From NCBI GenBank assembly GCA_037379345.1, contig CM074512.1, positions 69,957,597 through 70,021,596 on the forward strand: a stretch of DNA of 64,000 nucleotides. The letters are read 5' to 3'. Positions within the stretch are counted from its first letter, which is position 1; every line of letters starts with the position of its first letter. This document shows positions 37,798 through 52,700 of the stretch, in pieces. This DNA is from Perna viridis. Lineage: Eukaryota. Position numbers and translations under genes: made by a program. Below the pieces are notes generated by a model that was not told the DNA's origin, ran no database searches, and worked only from the letters and a program-made list of their open reading frames with translations.

Positions 37798-40700
37798 TCA
37801 TTTTACTGGACTTCTACTTTCAAATTTTAACTTCTTTGATGCAGGTGATGTAAATGGAACCTAAAAAAAATCGTAAGTGTTTCATAATTATTGGGTATGT
37901 GATTAAGCTTGGTGCACATTCCAAGTGCTACCAATAGTAAATGAAGTACAGCTCCCCCTAAGAATCATGCACAAGAAGACAATAAGTGATTCATGCAGAC
38001 CTTTAGCATAAATATATTTCGGTTGGAAACTCTTCAAGATGCAGGACATTCAGCATGCTAAAATACCTGGTTTAACCCACCAGTTCTATCAGAAATGTCT
38101 GCAACAAGTCAGGATCATGGCATTAGTATCCACCTTTTAGGTTTTGACCCTGATATTGCCATTTGTAATACTGAATTTGATCTTGACTATTGCCTTGAGT
38201 TCACCAGTTTAGTGATTTTGTAAGCACAAAAAATATTTGGCAGTAAACTCTTTAGTATGCCGATTAGATATTGTTTTAAAAAATGAAAAAAATGCCAGAA
38301 AAAGTTGAATTTAGTAGAAATTAACATGAAATTCTCAGCTGAATTTTTCTATTAAAAACAGTGCAGGGAAATTTTGCCTCCAATATTTGTACACTATTTT
38401 AACACTGTAACAAATTGTTAATTCTGTCAAAATATACTCTATCGAAACAAACATTTTATATGTTACTTAAAGGATCAAGTCTACTTAAGATTAAATATGG
38501 TTTTTAGACAGATAAATACAAAACAGAATCATAATTTACAATGAAACGCAAAAAGAACTCAAGTCAACATATTCTACTTTTCATTGATAACCATTTTTAC
38601 AGGCAGTTTAGACTTATGGTTAAGTTGGTTGTTCAAACATGCATTACATGTAAGCGGGGGTATAAAAAGATATAATCAATTAACCAAGCTTACCTTAGAC
38701 CATTTCTCCAACAACTTTTCATATTCTGACATATAAAATGCAAACACTTCATCACAATCTCTTCTGACAACACTACCAGGGGGATTGTATGTTCTACAGT
38801 TATCTCTCACTAACAACATGTCTGAATGAAAGTCCTCATAGTGGCTATAGCTACCAGTCTGCTTACAGAAAACAAAAATTAACAGAACAATGTTACAATA
38901 GATGTCAACCTCATGAACAAGAAATAATTTGAGTAGACTCGCATGCCTGCTTCAAATCAAGTTAAATGTTAAGTCAGATTGATTCTAATTATTTTCTGTC
39001 ATGCACACCTATACATAATGCCCAATCAAAATCTCTTCAACAGTTTAGTAGCAGGAATCTTGACATCTCAGTTTGACTAACAAGTGCATTTAAAACAAAA
39101 TCCTCAACTCTAAGAGGTATAGGAAGATTACTCGTGAACAGTGAATGGTTTATGTATTAAGTATTTTATGGCACACAGAAATGTGTGCAAGATTGATCAA
39201 ACTGTAATTTATTAGAGTCACAGGAAAGATGGATAGATATGGAGGCTCCTTCCATACCAACTCTCTCATCAAGGAACAAATCATGTCCTTGTTGCAAACT
39301 TCATGAATTTAAAATTTCGGTAAAATCCATACCTTAGTTTGACCCTCATCCCCCCAAAAAACTGAAGATATTTTACTGTAATAAACAATGATTAATTAAG
39401 ACCTCTAGTTTCCTTTTGATTGTTCCAAAATCCATGGGACTTTTTATAATACTGTAGTAATCTGGTGCATCATTGGGATCAACTGAAAAAGATAATGATC
39501 ACCTTCTGTAGTGTCAAGTTAATACTTTAATAACAAGGCCAAACAAAAAAGTTGAATTTAACCAAATCAGAAGTAAATATAGATCAAAAATAGAATCATA
39601 ACGGTACTTATCAGGAACAAAAAACAGGATTTGAAGCCCAAGAAAATCATTTCTGATAAATTTCACATTTATCAATTACAAAAAATTTAAAGTACAAAGT
39701 TTAAAATCATTTATACATGCTGTACTTTGAGGGTATTTTTTTATGATCTTCATTTAAAATCATTTTGATGGAAACATTAATAAAGTTAACCAAAAATCAA
39801 AGCCAGTAAGTCTTGCCATATTTATCATTTCAAAAATGCAACGGTTCATATATAAAACCACTAACTACTTGAAATATTGATGCTAATAAAGTGACCATTT
39901 CTAAATACTTCTTATTACCAGTGAATTTCATATTTTCTTCATCAATTTAAACATTCTAATTTGCTAGACGATGCTAAGTCAAACAAGCATTCTGACAGTA
40001 TTGCTGATGCATACAGTGTCCCCTTTCGGCCTTTGAACTCATTGCCTTTATGAGATTTTTTTTTTTATATATGTGAACTAACAACGGATGGTGTTATTTT
40101 TTAACAATCAAGAGAAAATAACTCTTGAACAGCAAAAGCAAATTCCATCAAAATCAAACCTGAGCTTCATTTTACAGTAGATAATAACATTTTTGCATTA
40201 CAGAAAGCTGCATAAAGACATTCTCTTTCTATCACCTGGAAAGTTGAAAAAAACTTCGTTATTAAGAATTAAAGGGCAAATAACTCTAGAATGACAACAG
40301 CAATTTGCATCAAAATGATGAAACAAAATTTTATGTAATTTTCTATGTCAAAGGGCCATAAGTTCCATATAAACCATTTTGCCGAAATAATAATTAAATT
40401 TAATTTGTAACTTGTCATGATAAGACTAGCTAACAAATATGAAATCAATTGGATGAGGCATTACAAAGAAAAGTCTGGAAAACGAAGTGTGACTGACGGA
40501 CTGACGGACAGATGGATGGACGGAGTGCAAACCTAGGAATCCAAGGGACACAATGTCAGTAAAAATCATTCAACCGTAACATCATTCGAACTTAACTTGT
40601 AACTTGTCATAAGACTATATACCAAATATGAAATCAATTGGACGAGGCATTACAAAAAAAGTCCAGAAAACATAAAATTTCATGAAATTCTGTATGTCCA

Positions 40701-43700
40701 AGGGCCATAACTTCCGTAAAAATCATTCAACTGTAAGGTCATTCAAACTTAACTTGTAACTTGTCATGATAAGACTATATGCCAAATATGAAATCAATTG
40801 GATGAAGCATTACAAAAAAAGTCAGAAAAACATAAAATTCCAAGGGCCATAACTTCTGTAAAAATCGTTCAACCATAATGTCATTCGAACTTAACTTGTA
40901 ACTTGTCATGATAAGACTAAATACAAAATATGAAATCAATTGGATGAGGCATTACAAAAAAAAAGTCTGGAAAACATAAAATTTCATGAAATTTTCTATG
41001 TCCAAGGGCCATAACTTCTGTAAAAATTGTTCAACCGTAACGTCATTCGAACTTAACTTGTAATTTGTCATAAGACTATATACCAAATATGAAATCAATT
41101 GGATGAGGGATTACAAAAAAAAGTCTGGAAAACGAAGTGTGACTGATGGACAGATGGATGGACGGAGTGCAAACCTAAGTCCCCTTCGGCATTTGCCGAA
41201 AGGGGACAACTATAAAAGAGACAAAGATATGTGGCATCATTTGTACAACAGACAATGCTAAATGACAAGTATTGCTGGCAGACAGGACATACTCAACCTT
41301 CGGAAGCACCTATGTCAAACCCCTTTTTTTTTTTATTAAAGTAGTTGCTAGTGCTCTAGTTGTTTCCCTTATCTTCAGTTTTTATGCATTATTTATTTTA
41401 TTTGGTCTGCTACACTGTGTGTGACATCTTGTTTCCTTTATCTTCAGGTTTTATGTTTTATCATTTTTATTTGGTCTGCTACACTGTGTGTGACATCTTG
41501 TTTCCCTTATCTTCAGTTTTTATGTGTTATCTATTTTATTTGGTTCATTGTGTGTGTCGATCTGTATCATGTGTTCATGTTTAGGTCATATTTTGGGATT
41601 TTGAAGTCTTTGAATCATCCCTCTACTGATGCCTTTTTTTTGGCCGATATTTATAATTGTTGGTACACGTGTAACCCATAATGTTATGTCAAACTTCTAG
41701 TATAACAGATCATACTATGTCCAGCAATTGACGCAAAGTTTACCTGGTTTTAAGAACCATGAAGCAGCATTCATTTCTCCTTTATCCCTACTAAGTCCTC
41801 TGTATTTAGATACTCTTTGTATTAACCTGTAATTATACAGTGATAAAATGAACAGGTAATCATATTGTATAAAGAATATAAACGCTTAAATTCTTTATCT
41901 TTAAAATATCAAGACTAAACTTTTAAGAAGTATATCATATACATAACTTTAAGACAAGTTTTGTATGTATTAGCACATCGTTTTTTTCTTTAGAGCTCAT
42001 CATTTCTTCAAGTATATTTAAATAGGAGATGTGGTATGCCAATAAGACAGTCATCCATCAAATCCCAAGAAACCAACAAGCAGACTTCTACAGGTCACTA
42101 CATGGTCTTCAACGATGGGCAAAACCCATACCATAAAGCAAGCTGTAAAAGGCACAAAATAAATGAAGTGAAACTATTCATAAAAGATGAAAAATCTACC
42201 TCATCTATGTTATTTCAAGCATTCTTACCACAGACAAGACTTTGACCACCCTGTATTCTGCGAAGTAGGACTATCCTCAAGGTTACTGGGAGGTTTCCTC
42301 TTCCTCTTACTCAGACGTACATTGGGATCCATATTTGCTGCATCTAATGATTCTACAGAATTACTAGTTCCTTAAAAAGATAGAATTTACATGATAATGA
42401 CTAGCGCCAACATAGAATTACATTTTATAATGACAATAGTGCATTCACATGGTAATCAAATTTAGCCTGTGTTGCAGGTCCATATTATTGTCAACATTTC
42501 ATCTTTTTGAACACCATTTCAGTCTTTTTTTCTAAGGAGAATGTTGAATTTCAGCTTTTTGTCAACCTTATAATTTTTATAGGTGCACCTGGTCCATGCT
42601 TCAAGTTTTTAGTGGAATCTGAGTTGCTCATTTGCTTTTGTTTCTTTGTATGTATGATTTTAGTTACTTTATATTCTTTGTTGTGTATGTCTGTTTCCCA
42701 TGTCTGGTTTTTGTCCCTGGATTGCATTCTTTTGATTACTGCTATAACCTTGGTTCCCTTGATTACTCCTTCTACTTGTAATACAAGACAGGAGGGAATA
42801 AGTTTTTTACATAATTAAAATTTTAAAACTGATACTTGGGAGGGGGGGGATAATACACAAAATGGGGAAGGGTATGCATTGTCAATGTTTCCAAATTTAG
42901 GCATGTCAAGCCAAGGGTGTCAGAGTTTAAAATTTGTCAAGTTGTGTACTTCTGAGCTCAAGTTTTATTTGCTCGTCAAAAACAGGCTTATTCAAGAACT
43001 TTTTCATTCATTGAGGCTATTTCATACATATTATTGTGTCCGAACACTGTAGTATTTACACTTGGCATGGGTATTAGCAGAGTGTTCAATAGATTAACTC
43101 TTCTAATTTCAATAACTTTTAACTCAAAAGAGGCATGCTCATTTCCAAAGAAACTCACCTGAAGATGAATTGCTGGCCACACCAATATCTTCCAATCCAA
43201 CAATTTCTCCTTGAACTTCATTAGAATCAACAGTGGTTTCTATTGTGACAGGCATTTCACCTGATGGAGCACTATCTATGTAAGTAGTGTCAATATTCTC
43301 AGCTATAGTAGTGTTTGAATCATCAATGATTTCAGCTGTATATATGCCTTCTTCCTGTGACAAAACTGCTTCATGTATGACACTTGTGGATGGCTAAAAT
43401 ATAAAAGACAAAAATTTTTAATAACACTCTTTCAAATTCAGGAAGATGACAAAACATATAAGTCCCATATCTTGAATTTAATAATTTGTAAGACAGAAAT
43501 ACCGTACCAAGATTGTAAAGCTGCTAAGAAAATAAAGGTTAATATCTGCATTTTCATGTGTGTACCTCTATAAATCTAGCTTTATTTATCATGTACATGT
43601 AGTTGCCATCTTTTCTCTACGAAATTTCTGAACTTTCACTTCATGCAAGCAGGGTGTGCCAATTAAGTTAGTTTGTTTCATGTTGGGACTACACTTTACA

Positions 43701-46700
43701 GTACCATCTCCTAGTACAAGTAATCTTTCTAAATGTCTAGTATATAGAGTTACTTTGTCAAATGTCAAAGTTTCTCAGTCTAAAGACCACTGTCAAAGCA
43801 AGCCTTATTCTTTTGTCCCAGTCAGTACAATTATCGTCATACTGCAGTGTATGATGTATGTGTCATATAGGGCTAGCTGATGAAAATTTTATTTGCACTA
43901 ACTGAAATCAAGGTCACCCGTCAGTAAATGAATCTTGAAAAATGAATAAGATTCTGTTGTCCTCTGAACAAGTATAATTTAACTTTTATTTGTCTGAATG
44001 GTAGTTATGCTTGTCCCCCTTTAATGTCATACCCTATACTGGCACCTCACCTGTGTATGAGTTGTGATATTGATGGTGGATGACTTTGAGATTTCTTGGA
44101 TAGGAATAAAACTACTGGACGATGCTGATTTGATCCGAATCATGGGACCCATCTGAGATCCTTCATTACTAGTGGATACATCCACCGTTTCCTGTTCAAC
44201 AGGTTGACCAGCAGTGGTAGAGGTATACACTTCATATGGAGTTGATGTCACCTCTGAAAAAAAAACCCAACAAAAACATACAACTATAACTTTTTGATTT
44301 AGTATTATTCTGATGAAACCTTTACAGAACACCTAAACTAGTGATATTTTGGTGGAAATACATGCATTTTACATAGATAACTCTACCCATAAAAAAAAAT
44401 AATCATAAAATAATGAAAGGGATTGATTACCTTATGACATCAAGAAAAGTGCTCTTCTTAAAATAATGCAAATTAACAGAAATGTTGGAACAGTGTTCTT
44501 CCTTGTGTGATTGATAACTATTTTTAAATATAGCATGAAGTGGGTCTTACTTACCAACAACTTCTGTGCTGGATTGATTTGCAGCAGCCACTGCCGCCAC
44601 CTTTTCCGCCAGAATGTCCTCTTCCATAAACTGGTAAGAATCTAAGTTTATATTAGCTTGTTCTAAAGAACTACTTAACAAGTCAAATGATTTAGCAGCA
44701 CTCGAAGACACAACAACTTGAGACTGAGTCAAATTTTCTGAGGTTGATGATGAAGATGAATTCTCAGAAGAGTTTGTGTTATAAAAAATTCCTGTTTGAG
44801 GATCAAGTTCACCTTGTAAATTCAGACGCTGAGCTATTTGTTCTAGCTCAGCCTGAGAGTTCTGATTAGATATTTGAATGGCAGCACCAGCAGCTTCATC
44901 TTGAATTACTGTTGTTTCAACCTGAATAGCAAAGAATTTTTCTTAAGTTCTGACTACATGTATCTTAAAATGAGAGAGTAGAAAATATGACCCGTTAGGG
45001 CAATTCACACAAATGTGTATAAAACTTTCATTATTAAGTACCACTCCATATAAAATTTAGACACTGACATGAAAAACCCATCAAACAAATGTTTTTTGTT
45101 TGTTTCAGTGATTTATCCAAACATTGCTTGTGTAAACATGTTCAATTATTCACAGTGTGAAATAAATTCAGTAATTTTGCTGATTTTTTCCCGCTAATAT
45201 GTTATACTTCAACATTACAATTAACATATTTTACCATAATTGACATCGCTTTTTTTCAAATAACAGAATAAAATTAATTGTAGAATATGTAGACATTTTT
45301 TTATGATTCTTTTCTTGACTTTAACTTATCCTAAGATGTCATTAAATGATTGATTTGTTTTTTTAATCATACCTCTTGGACTTGAGGAGCATCACTGTCC
45401 TGTGAGTCCATCCTCAATATTGACACCCTTTCAGCTGCTTTATCTGGTTGGTTCAACATTTTCATTGCTTGTTCTGTAACAGAACATATAGCATGAATGA
45501 TGTTACAAGTGCAAACTTTCATTAAATTTTATACAAATATACTTAAATCTCTCGTAATTTTATCAATATGTTAGTAAAAAAAAATAATCATGTCCAAGCA
45601 TTATGATTTTTAAGACAAAGCCAATTTAAAAACAAAAAATGAATGTATACTTGTAATTTGACATCCTACTGCTATATGTAAGATGGATCTTTCTTTTACC
45701 ATTATCCCCCAAAGTTTTAAAATTACACCTTTAAACTTACCAATTGTGTAATATTGCTGCTGAGATAATTGGTCAACATTCAGTTGACTCAGATCTATAC
45801 TGGAAGCCCTAAAAACACAAAAAAAACTTATATCAATACAAGATTAAGATTTCCCTATGTATCAACATATTCTCCCTCAATATCAAAGGCCATTAAATTA
45901 AAATAAAATTATCATTTTGATTCATACATGTTCTTAAAACCATTTTTCCAATCAGTCCCTTTCTATTTTAATACATCTTTTTTTTTTCATGTTTAGTCAC
46001 TTGTTCTACACTACTGATTTGTTTTTGTTGCTGACAACTGAGACTTAATGCAGTACTGAAAAATTTATAATATTGGTTCATTTTGGCTGAGACTTAAATA
46101 TTGTATGAAACATTATTACATATTCAGACATTTGTATCTAATGACTATAATTTATTCCAACAGACAATAAAATGGAAATCATAATTCACATAGATTTCAT
46201 TTACTGTGTTGATCAATTTGATGGTGCTATGAGTTATCATTTTGGTAATGTATGAGTAATTGTGTCCACAACCTATTTCATGATTGGGGCCATTTTTGAG
46301 ATAATCATGTAGTTCTAGCTGTAAAAACACTATGTAAACAAGTAGAGAAACAGGATTTTACCCTGTGAGCAGGTGATTACTCTAGTCCTTCAATTTCCAA
46401 ACTTTTCAGAATTGCACTTTCTTCATGGAAACTAGAAAATTTGAAGCTATAACTCACCCTAATGTTATAAATATATTATAAATATTATTATTAACAACTC
46501 ACAGGGTAAGTTTCTATGTGCACTGTATAAAGTTTTAAATGATACTGTGAACTCATTTTCACCTTACCTCTGTACAGTGACTTTTGGCTTCTCCTGTGAT
46601 GTTGATGGTTGAGAATCTATGATTGCCTGTAGAGCTTGGTTATCTATACCTTGGCTTGTGTAGGCCTGATTGCCATCGTCATACTCAAACCATTCATTGC

Positions 46701-49700
46701 TAGGCAAGCCTTGACTAGTCACAACTGAAAGACAATACAATCATAAAATTTGTTGCATGATCTACAAAACATTTCTCAAATTCTACTGGCATTTAATTGA
46801 AGATCACTAAAAATTATATGAACGGAGCACCATCAATGTCCTACATATGTAGAATGTAAGACCAGTCTAAGAATGCTAAAAAATAATCTGACCAAAGAGG
46901 CGACAGTTGTCAACACAGAAGTAGATAATTGTGCAAGTGCAGGGGCGCTGCTTTGTCTTTTAATATGACATAGCGCTCCATCCACCATAGACATAGCCTA
47001 AAATCATATTCATTGAATAAATAACTATTATGTACAGGTAATGAACTTTCATAGAAAACAGCACTAAAAAGTTGTGTGAAATGCAGAAGTACAAAAAATA
47101 TATAATATTTTAATACCAAATATACATACATACATGTACGAGAAACTTAAATACAGGGGTGATTTTAAGATGTCCACAAACAAAGCAGAAATTGGCAAAT
47201 TTGGAAGTAAATATATGTTAAAAAAAAGAATTTTAATGGTAAAATCTGGATTTGAAATAGGGGAATTTCACTAAAAAGCGGGAAAAAAATTGTCCCTGTA
47301 AATACTACAAATATTGTGAAGTTGTGATATCATAAACATGGCTACATTAAAAAAAATCTGTAAACAAAGCAACTCTGTAGTAAAATCATGAAGGTTTATA
47401 AATGTTGTCCAAAAGAAGGTTATACAATCTTGTGGATAAATGTTGAAAAAGTTTTACATTGATGACAAATACTGCATACCTTTGGTTTGTTCAGAAGCTT
47501 GACTAGACACTGCTAAAGCTGCCATTGTCGCTTCATCTAGATTGATAGTAACATCACCTCCACCTTCTCCTTCTTGTATACCTGCTGCCTTTATAAGGTC
47601 AGCAAGAATGTTATTGTTCTTCGCTTCAGCTTCCATTCTTATTCTCTGTAATGTAATATTCATAGAGTAGTTAATCTCACCACAGAACTACCCATACACA
47701 TGTATATGTGTATAGATATTACATTCAATAAGCCATGTTACTACAGACCTCCTGCCATGGAAACCTATTGTCAATCTAATTGATATTAAACTTTCTAATT
47801 GTTCCATCCATTTACTACACACGTCATGAAGACCTCTCACCTGACTTGAACTGTACTACTTAACTGCACATACATGTATTATCACATAAAACAATTTTTA
47901 ACAGTTAAAGATTGTAACATTCATTTAACTAGAACTATAGAGAATGTTTGGGTCAGTCTGAACACTTACTCAACTAGAACTATAGAGAACGTTTGGGTCA
48001 CTGTCAACACTTACTCAACTAGAACTATAGAGAACGTTTGGGTCACTCTCAACACTTACTTAACTAGAACTATAGAGAACGTTTGGGTCACTGTCAACAC
48101 TTACTCAACTAGAACTATAGAGAACGTTTGGGTCACTGTCAACACTTACTCAACTAGAACTATAGAGAACGTTTGGGTCACTCTCAACACTTACTCAACT
48201 AGAACTATAGAGAACGTTTGGGTCACTGTCAACACTTACTCAACTAGAACTATAGAGAACGTTTGGGTCACTCTCAACACTTACTCAACTAGAACTATAG
48301 AGAACGTCTGGGTCACTCTCAACACTTACTGAACTAGAACTATAGAGAACTAGAACTATAGAGAATGTTTGTGTAACTCTCAACACTTACTTCACTAGAA
48401 CTATAGAGAACGTTTGGGTCACTCTCAACACTTACCTAACTAGAACTATAGAGAATGTTTGGGTCACTGTCAACACTTACTTAACTAGAACTATAGAGAA
48501 CATTTGGGTCACTGTCAACACTTACTCAACTAGAACTATAGAGAACGTTTGGGTCACTGTCAACACTTACTTCACTAGAACTATAGAGAACGTTTGGGTC
48601 ACTCTCAACACTTACTTAACTAGAACTACAGAGAACATTTGGGTCACTGTCAACACTTACTCAACTAGAACTATAGAGAACGTTTGGGTCACTCTCAACA
48701 CTTACTTAACTAGAACTACAGAGAATGTTTGGGTCAGTCTCAACACTTACTGAACTAGAACTATAGAGAACTAGAACTATAGAGAATGTTTGTGTAACTC
48801 TCAACACTTACTTCACTAGAACTATCGAAAAAACATTTGGGTCAGTCACAACATCTGATTTGTATCTTGTCAATTGATTCAGATTTGTGCCAGTCTAAGG
48901 TGGATTATTAATACATTGTAGGACTATATGATCATTGAACATGCATTAGTAGGAGAGCTTCACTGTCAGTGACAAAATATAAATCATAATTGGTTATTTA
49001 AACTACTGAAATAAGATCAAGTCTTTGTTTCATTTTTTCCCCTACTGACATGAAGCATAACACTAATTTCCAAATTTATAGTTCTATGCATCACCAGTGC
49101 AGTAAGCAGACTTGAGTTATCATAGATTGTTTACCAAAATTAGCCGTATCACAAAATTATAAACCCCCAAAGCACTTAAGCTTCATTCCTAGTACATGGT
49201 AGAAGTTCTTGGTGCTGGATCAGATTTCCTATTTCCATTATAGTATTTTAAGTACTTCTTGTATACAATTTAGTTTTGGACTTCATTATTCCTTATTATT
49301 ATTTGGTACAGTTGATAAAAGGTTACTCCTTGAAACATGTACAGCATACTGAACCCACCTGTCTAGTAGCCTCTAACTGGCCTGGTGTTGTTACAATGAC
49401 TTTTCTCTCTATAGTTCTCTGGCCACTAGGTGTAGAGACAACAATATGTTTGGTGGAATCCTGTCTTTGTAAGAAATTAACAAGCTCCTGAAATAAAAGT
49501 GAAAGAATGAGCTTGAGAACTTGTAGAATAGCAATATAAGAATTACAAACCAAGTATGATTCAATTTTTCCTCTGAGTAGAACATACAATTGAAACTATA
49601 TGTTACTCTATCTACAAAAAGTATATTAAAACAGAAGGAAACTTAGTTTATCATCATTCCCTTATTTCACTCATCTGTTGGCTGTTATGCAATTCATTTT

Positions 49701-52700
49701 AACAAAAAGAAAACATTTAGCACTAGAAGTTTTAGCACAATAGGTCCAAAATAGAGGAATGAATTACCTGCAAATCTCTGAAATTGTGAATCTTTAGATA
49801 TAATTAAATGTCATTTGAAAACACTGTAGAAGATTATTATGAACTATTTTTAAGATGTGTAATTGTGTACTATGTTATACCTATGCTGTATTGTAGTCAT
49901 TCATTTTGTATAATTAGTTTGTGTTTTTATCATTTTCTTCTGTGAAACGACATTGAATATGTATTATATATGTAGAAACAGGCATTTAATCAAATTTTCA
50001 ACATTGAACTTTTTCCTCCTGTATCAATATTGTATTGGTTTACCTTTTCATAAGCAGATGACTTGATTGTCGTAGTTTTAGAAGTACCAGCACTGGGAGT
50101 TCCAGTTGAACGTCTTGGTTGTGTTTTCTGCACCACAATAACATTTGGCTTCCCACCTTCACATAAATAAAACAAACAAAAAATGTTCTTTCTACTGACA
50201 AAAACTGAAAGTTTTTTTTCAATATACTAATGTCAAATGGCATAATATATATGTACTTAACTAATATTGCTATTAATAAGTTTGTGGATGTAAATTGGGT
50301 TAAGGAAGTAATTAAAAACAATATCAAATGTTAATGTCAAGATACTCTAAAACACCTCTCTGCTCTCAAGAATTCAGTTAGTATTGGTTTTCATTCATGT
50401 AAATCATGCAATTACATGTTCTACTATAATGAAAATCAAGACTGATTAAATGAATGTTGTTTTTTTTTAAGTTTTATGGTATCTTTTTTCATCAACTGTA
50501 TATACAAGCTTTGATTATTACACAGTTAATCTATTTTGTTAACTTAAAAATGAGACTCTCTAGTTATGAAGAAGTAACAATTCATATAGTCAGTTCAAAT
50601 ATTTCCCATCACAATCTTACCATGTTTACTGCCCTGTGTCTTAACAGCATGTAGCTGTAATGTTTTAGGATTAACAGTGACAACATTAGGATTTCTGCCT
50701 GTCCCTGTTGAGATTATCTTTCCTCCTTGTGTAGTTATATTCAAAATCTTTGCACCACTCTGTCCTGTAAAATAACAAAATTGTATTAATAACCAAGAAA
50801 TTGGAACATAGAAAATTTCTGATATTTACCCTCTATTATAAAACAATTCCAAGGATACTTATGGAACAGCAAAAGAAATTATCAAGAAAGTGCACATGAC
50901 CTATATTTTAGATCTCAATAAAGCCATGTCATTTAATCACTTGAACAAGATTTTTGCTTTTGGGTTTTGGGTTTTTGTTTTTTTTTTAATTTAGTCAGTC
51001 TTCACAGCCAAATTACATTAAAACATCACAAACTGGATTACTTAGGTATAAAAAAGTTTTGTTTAGAACTCTATAAATAGCCCTTGTCACTAACCAATGG
51101 AAGTGATAGGTCTGGTAACCATGGTAACATTAGATGAACTTGCAACTGATGACCCAGCACTGACTACAACAACAGGAGTACCTGAAGCAGATGATGTTTG
51201 TGACATCTTGGGAAGGATTTTACCTGAACCTCCAGCACTAATTATCTTCATACCTACAATAACACCAAATAATCATTAGAACTAGAGAAAGATGAATTAA
51301 TCACAGACACCTCGGCATTCAAAATTAAAATAAAAAAAGGGCCATTACTCTTGAAAAGTAAATATAGAAGACTCCATTGAACACAAACTTTATGGTCCAA
51401 AGCATGGTGTTACAGTTTGAACTGTAAAGATATTAATTAAATTATAATCTAAAAAAAGAACACTATATATCTATGATTTATTGGGCTTAGGTATAAAAAT
51501 AATTTACCTTCAATAGTTTAGTGTTAGTCATGTTGGTCGACAAACACATATAATTGTGTCTTAAATTTTATATTTTTTAAAATTTATTTCTATCTAAGGA
51601 GAAAATTGACTTGTAAGTCCCTACACAATCAAACTGACCTCCCTCCTGTTTGATCTGTACATTAGTACCACCTTTTGTGACAGGTTTAATGTGTATATTC
51701 TGTACATTCTGCGGGTTAGGCTGTACAGGGTGAGGACCCATCGGTATGACAACTCCAGGCTTCTGTGAACCTTGTTGTACCTAGTAAAGAACAAAACAGT
51801 CTAAGAGAAAAAAACATTTCCTTACAAGGCTTTCAGTAATATTGTAAAAAGGCATCTATCAGCACCAAAAACCTTCAAAATAGTTATTGACAGTGATAGG
51901 CTAATGCCTTTCTCATATTAATTACTTACATTAGGGAATCTTTGTCTTGGGAAGGTCTTCACTCTTGGTCTTGGTACACTGACAGTGGGAGTCAAGAAGG
52001 TCATAGTTGAAGTAGTAATTGAAGTTCCTTAAAAAAAAACGATGTAATGTGAACTAACAATTACAATGTATTATACTTATCATGTAATCAATACCCCCAT
52101 TTAAAATAGGTTTTCATCAACATGAAATAAGACTTCTAGTATTTAATCCATTTTAATTCAACTTACAAAATGTTCAAATTCCCATACTTAATTCAGTGTA
52201 AAATACAAATCAAAATAATCATATGTGCTAATATAGAAGACAAACTGTTAACTTCAATCTTACCTGATCCAACTGAAGCTACTGCAGTTGATGTTACAAC
52301 ACCAGATGTCACTGATGTGTTTGGGAGAATAATGGAGGCTTTACTACTTCCTGTCATGCTCGCTGAAGTCTTTACAACTGGAACTGTGATTGATTTCTGT
52401 AGTACATTAGGTGAAGTTTGTCCTGATGACATCAAAATCACCTGCAAATAAATGTAAGTCAACAACTTTGAGATTATTTCAAGCACAATTTCTATTCTGC
52501 TTACATTTCAATTCAAAATGACCCTATATAATATACATTAATTATAAACCAGGACTATAGCAACTCACATGCAGCAGTGTTCTAGGATCTTTTAAACTTT
52601 TCCACTTTTTCAACTTAAATTGAAGTTCACTTTTAGAACTTAACTAATCCTTACAGAATTCAAGTTTTCTACTTGCCAAAGGGAAAAAAGTACAAAATAG

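Noticed and set aside
37798-42370. Bromodomain exons as an independent gene
   Set aside because: The first of these exons begins with a phase-1 acceptor that matches the phase-1 donor at 43159, and the upstream EMSY exons have no stop codon or terminal exon.
47874-48332. 152-aa repetitive ORF (TRTIENVWVTVNTYS)n on the + strand
   Set aside because: Product of a 45-bp minisatellite inside an EMSY intron on the opposite strand, with no gene context.
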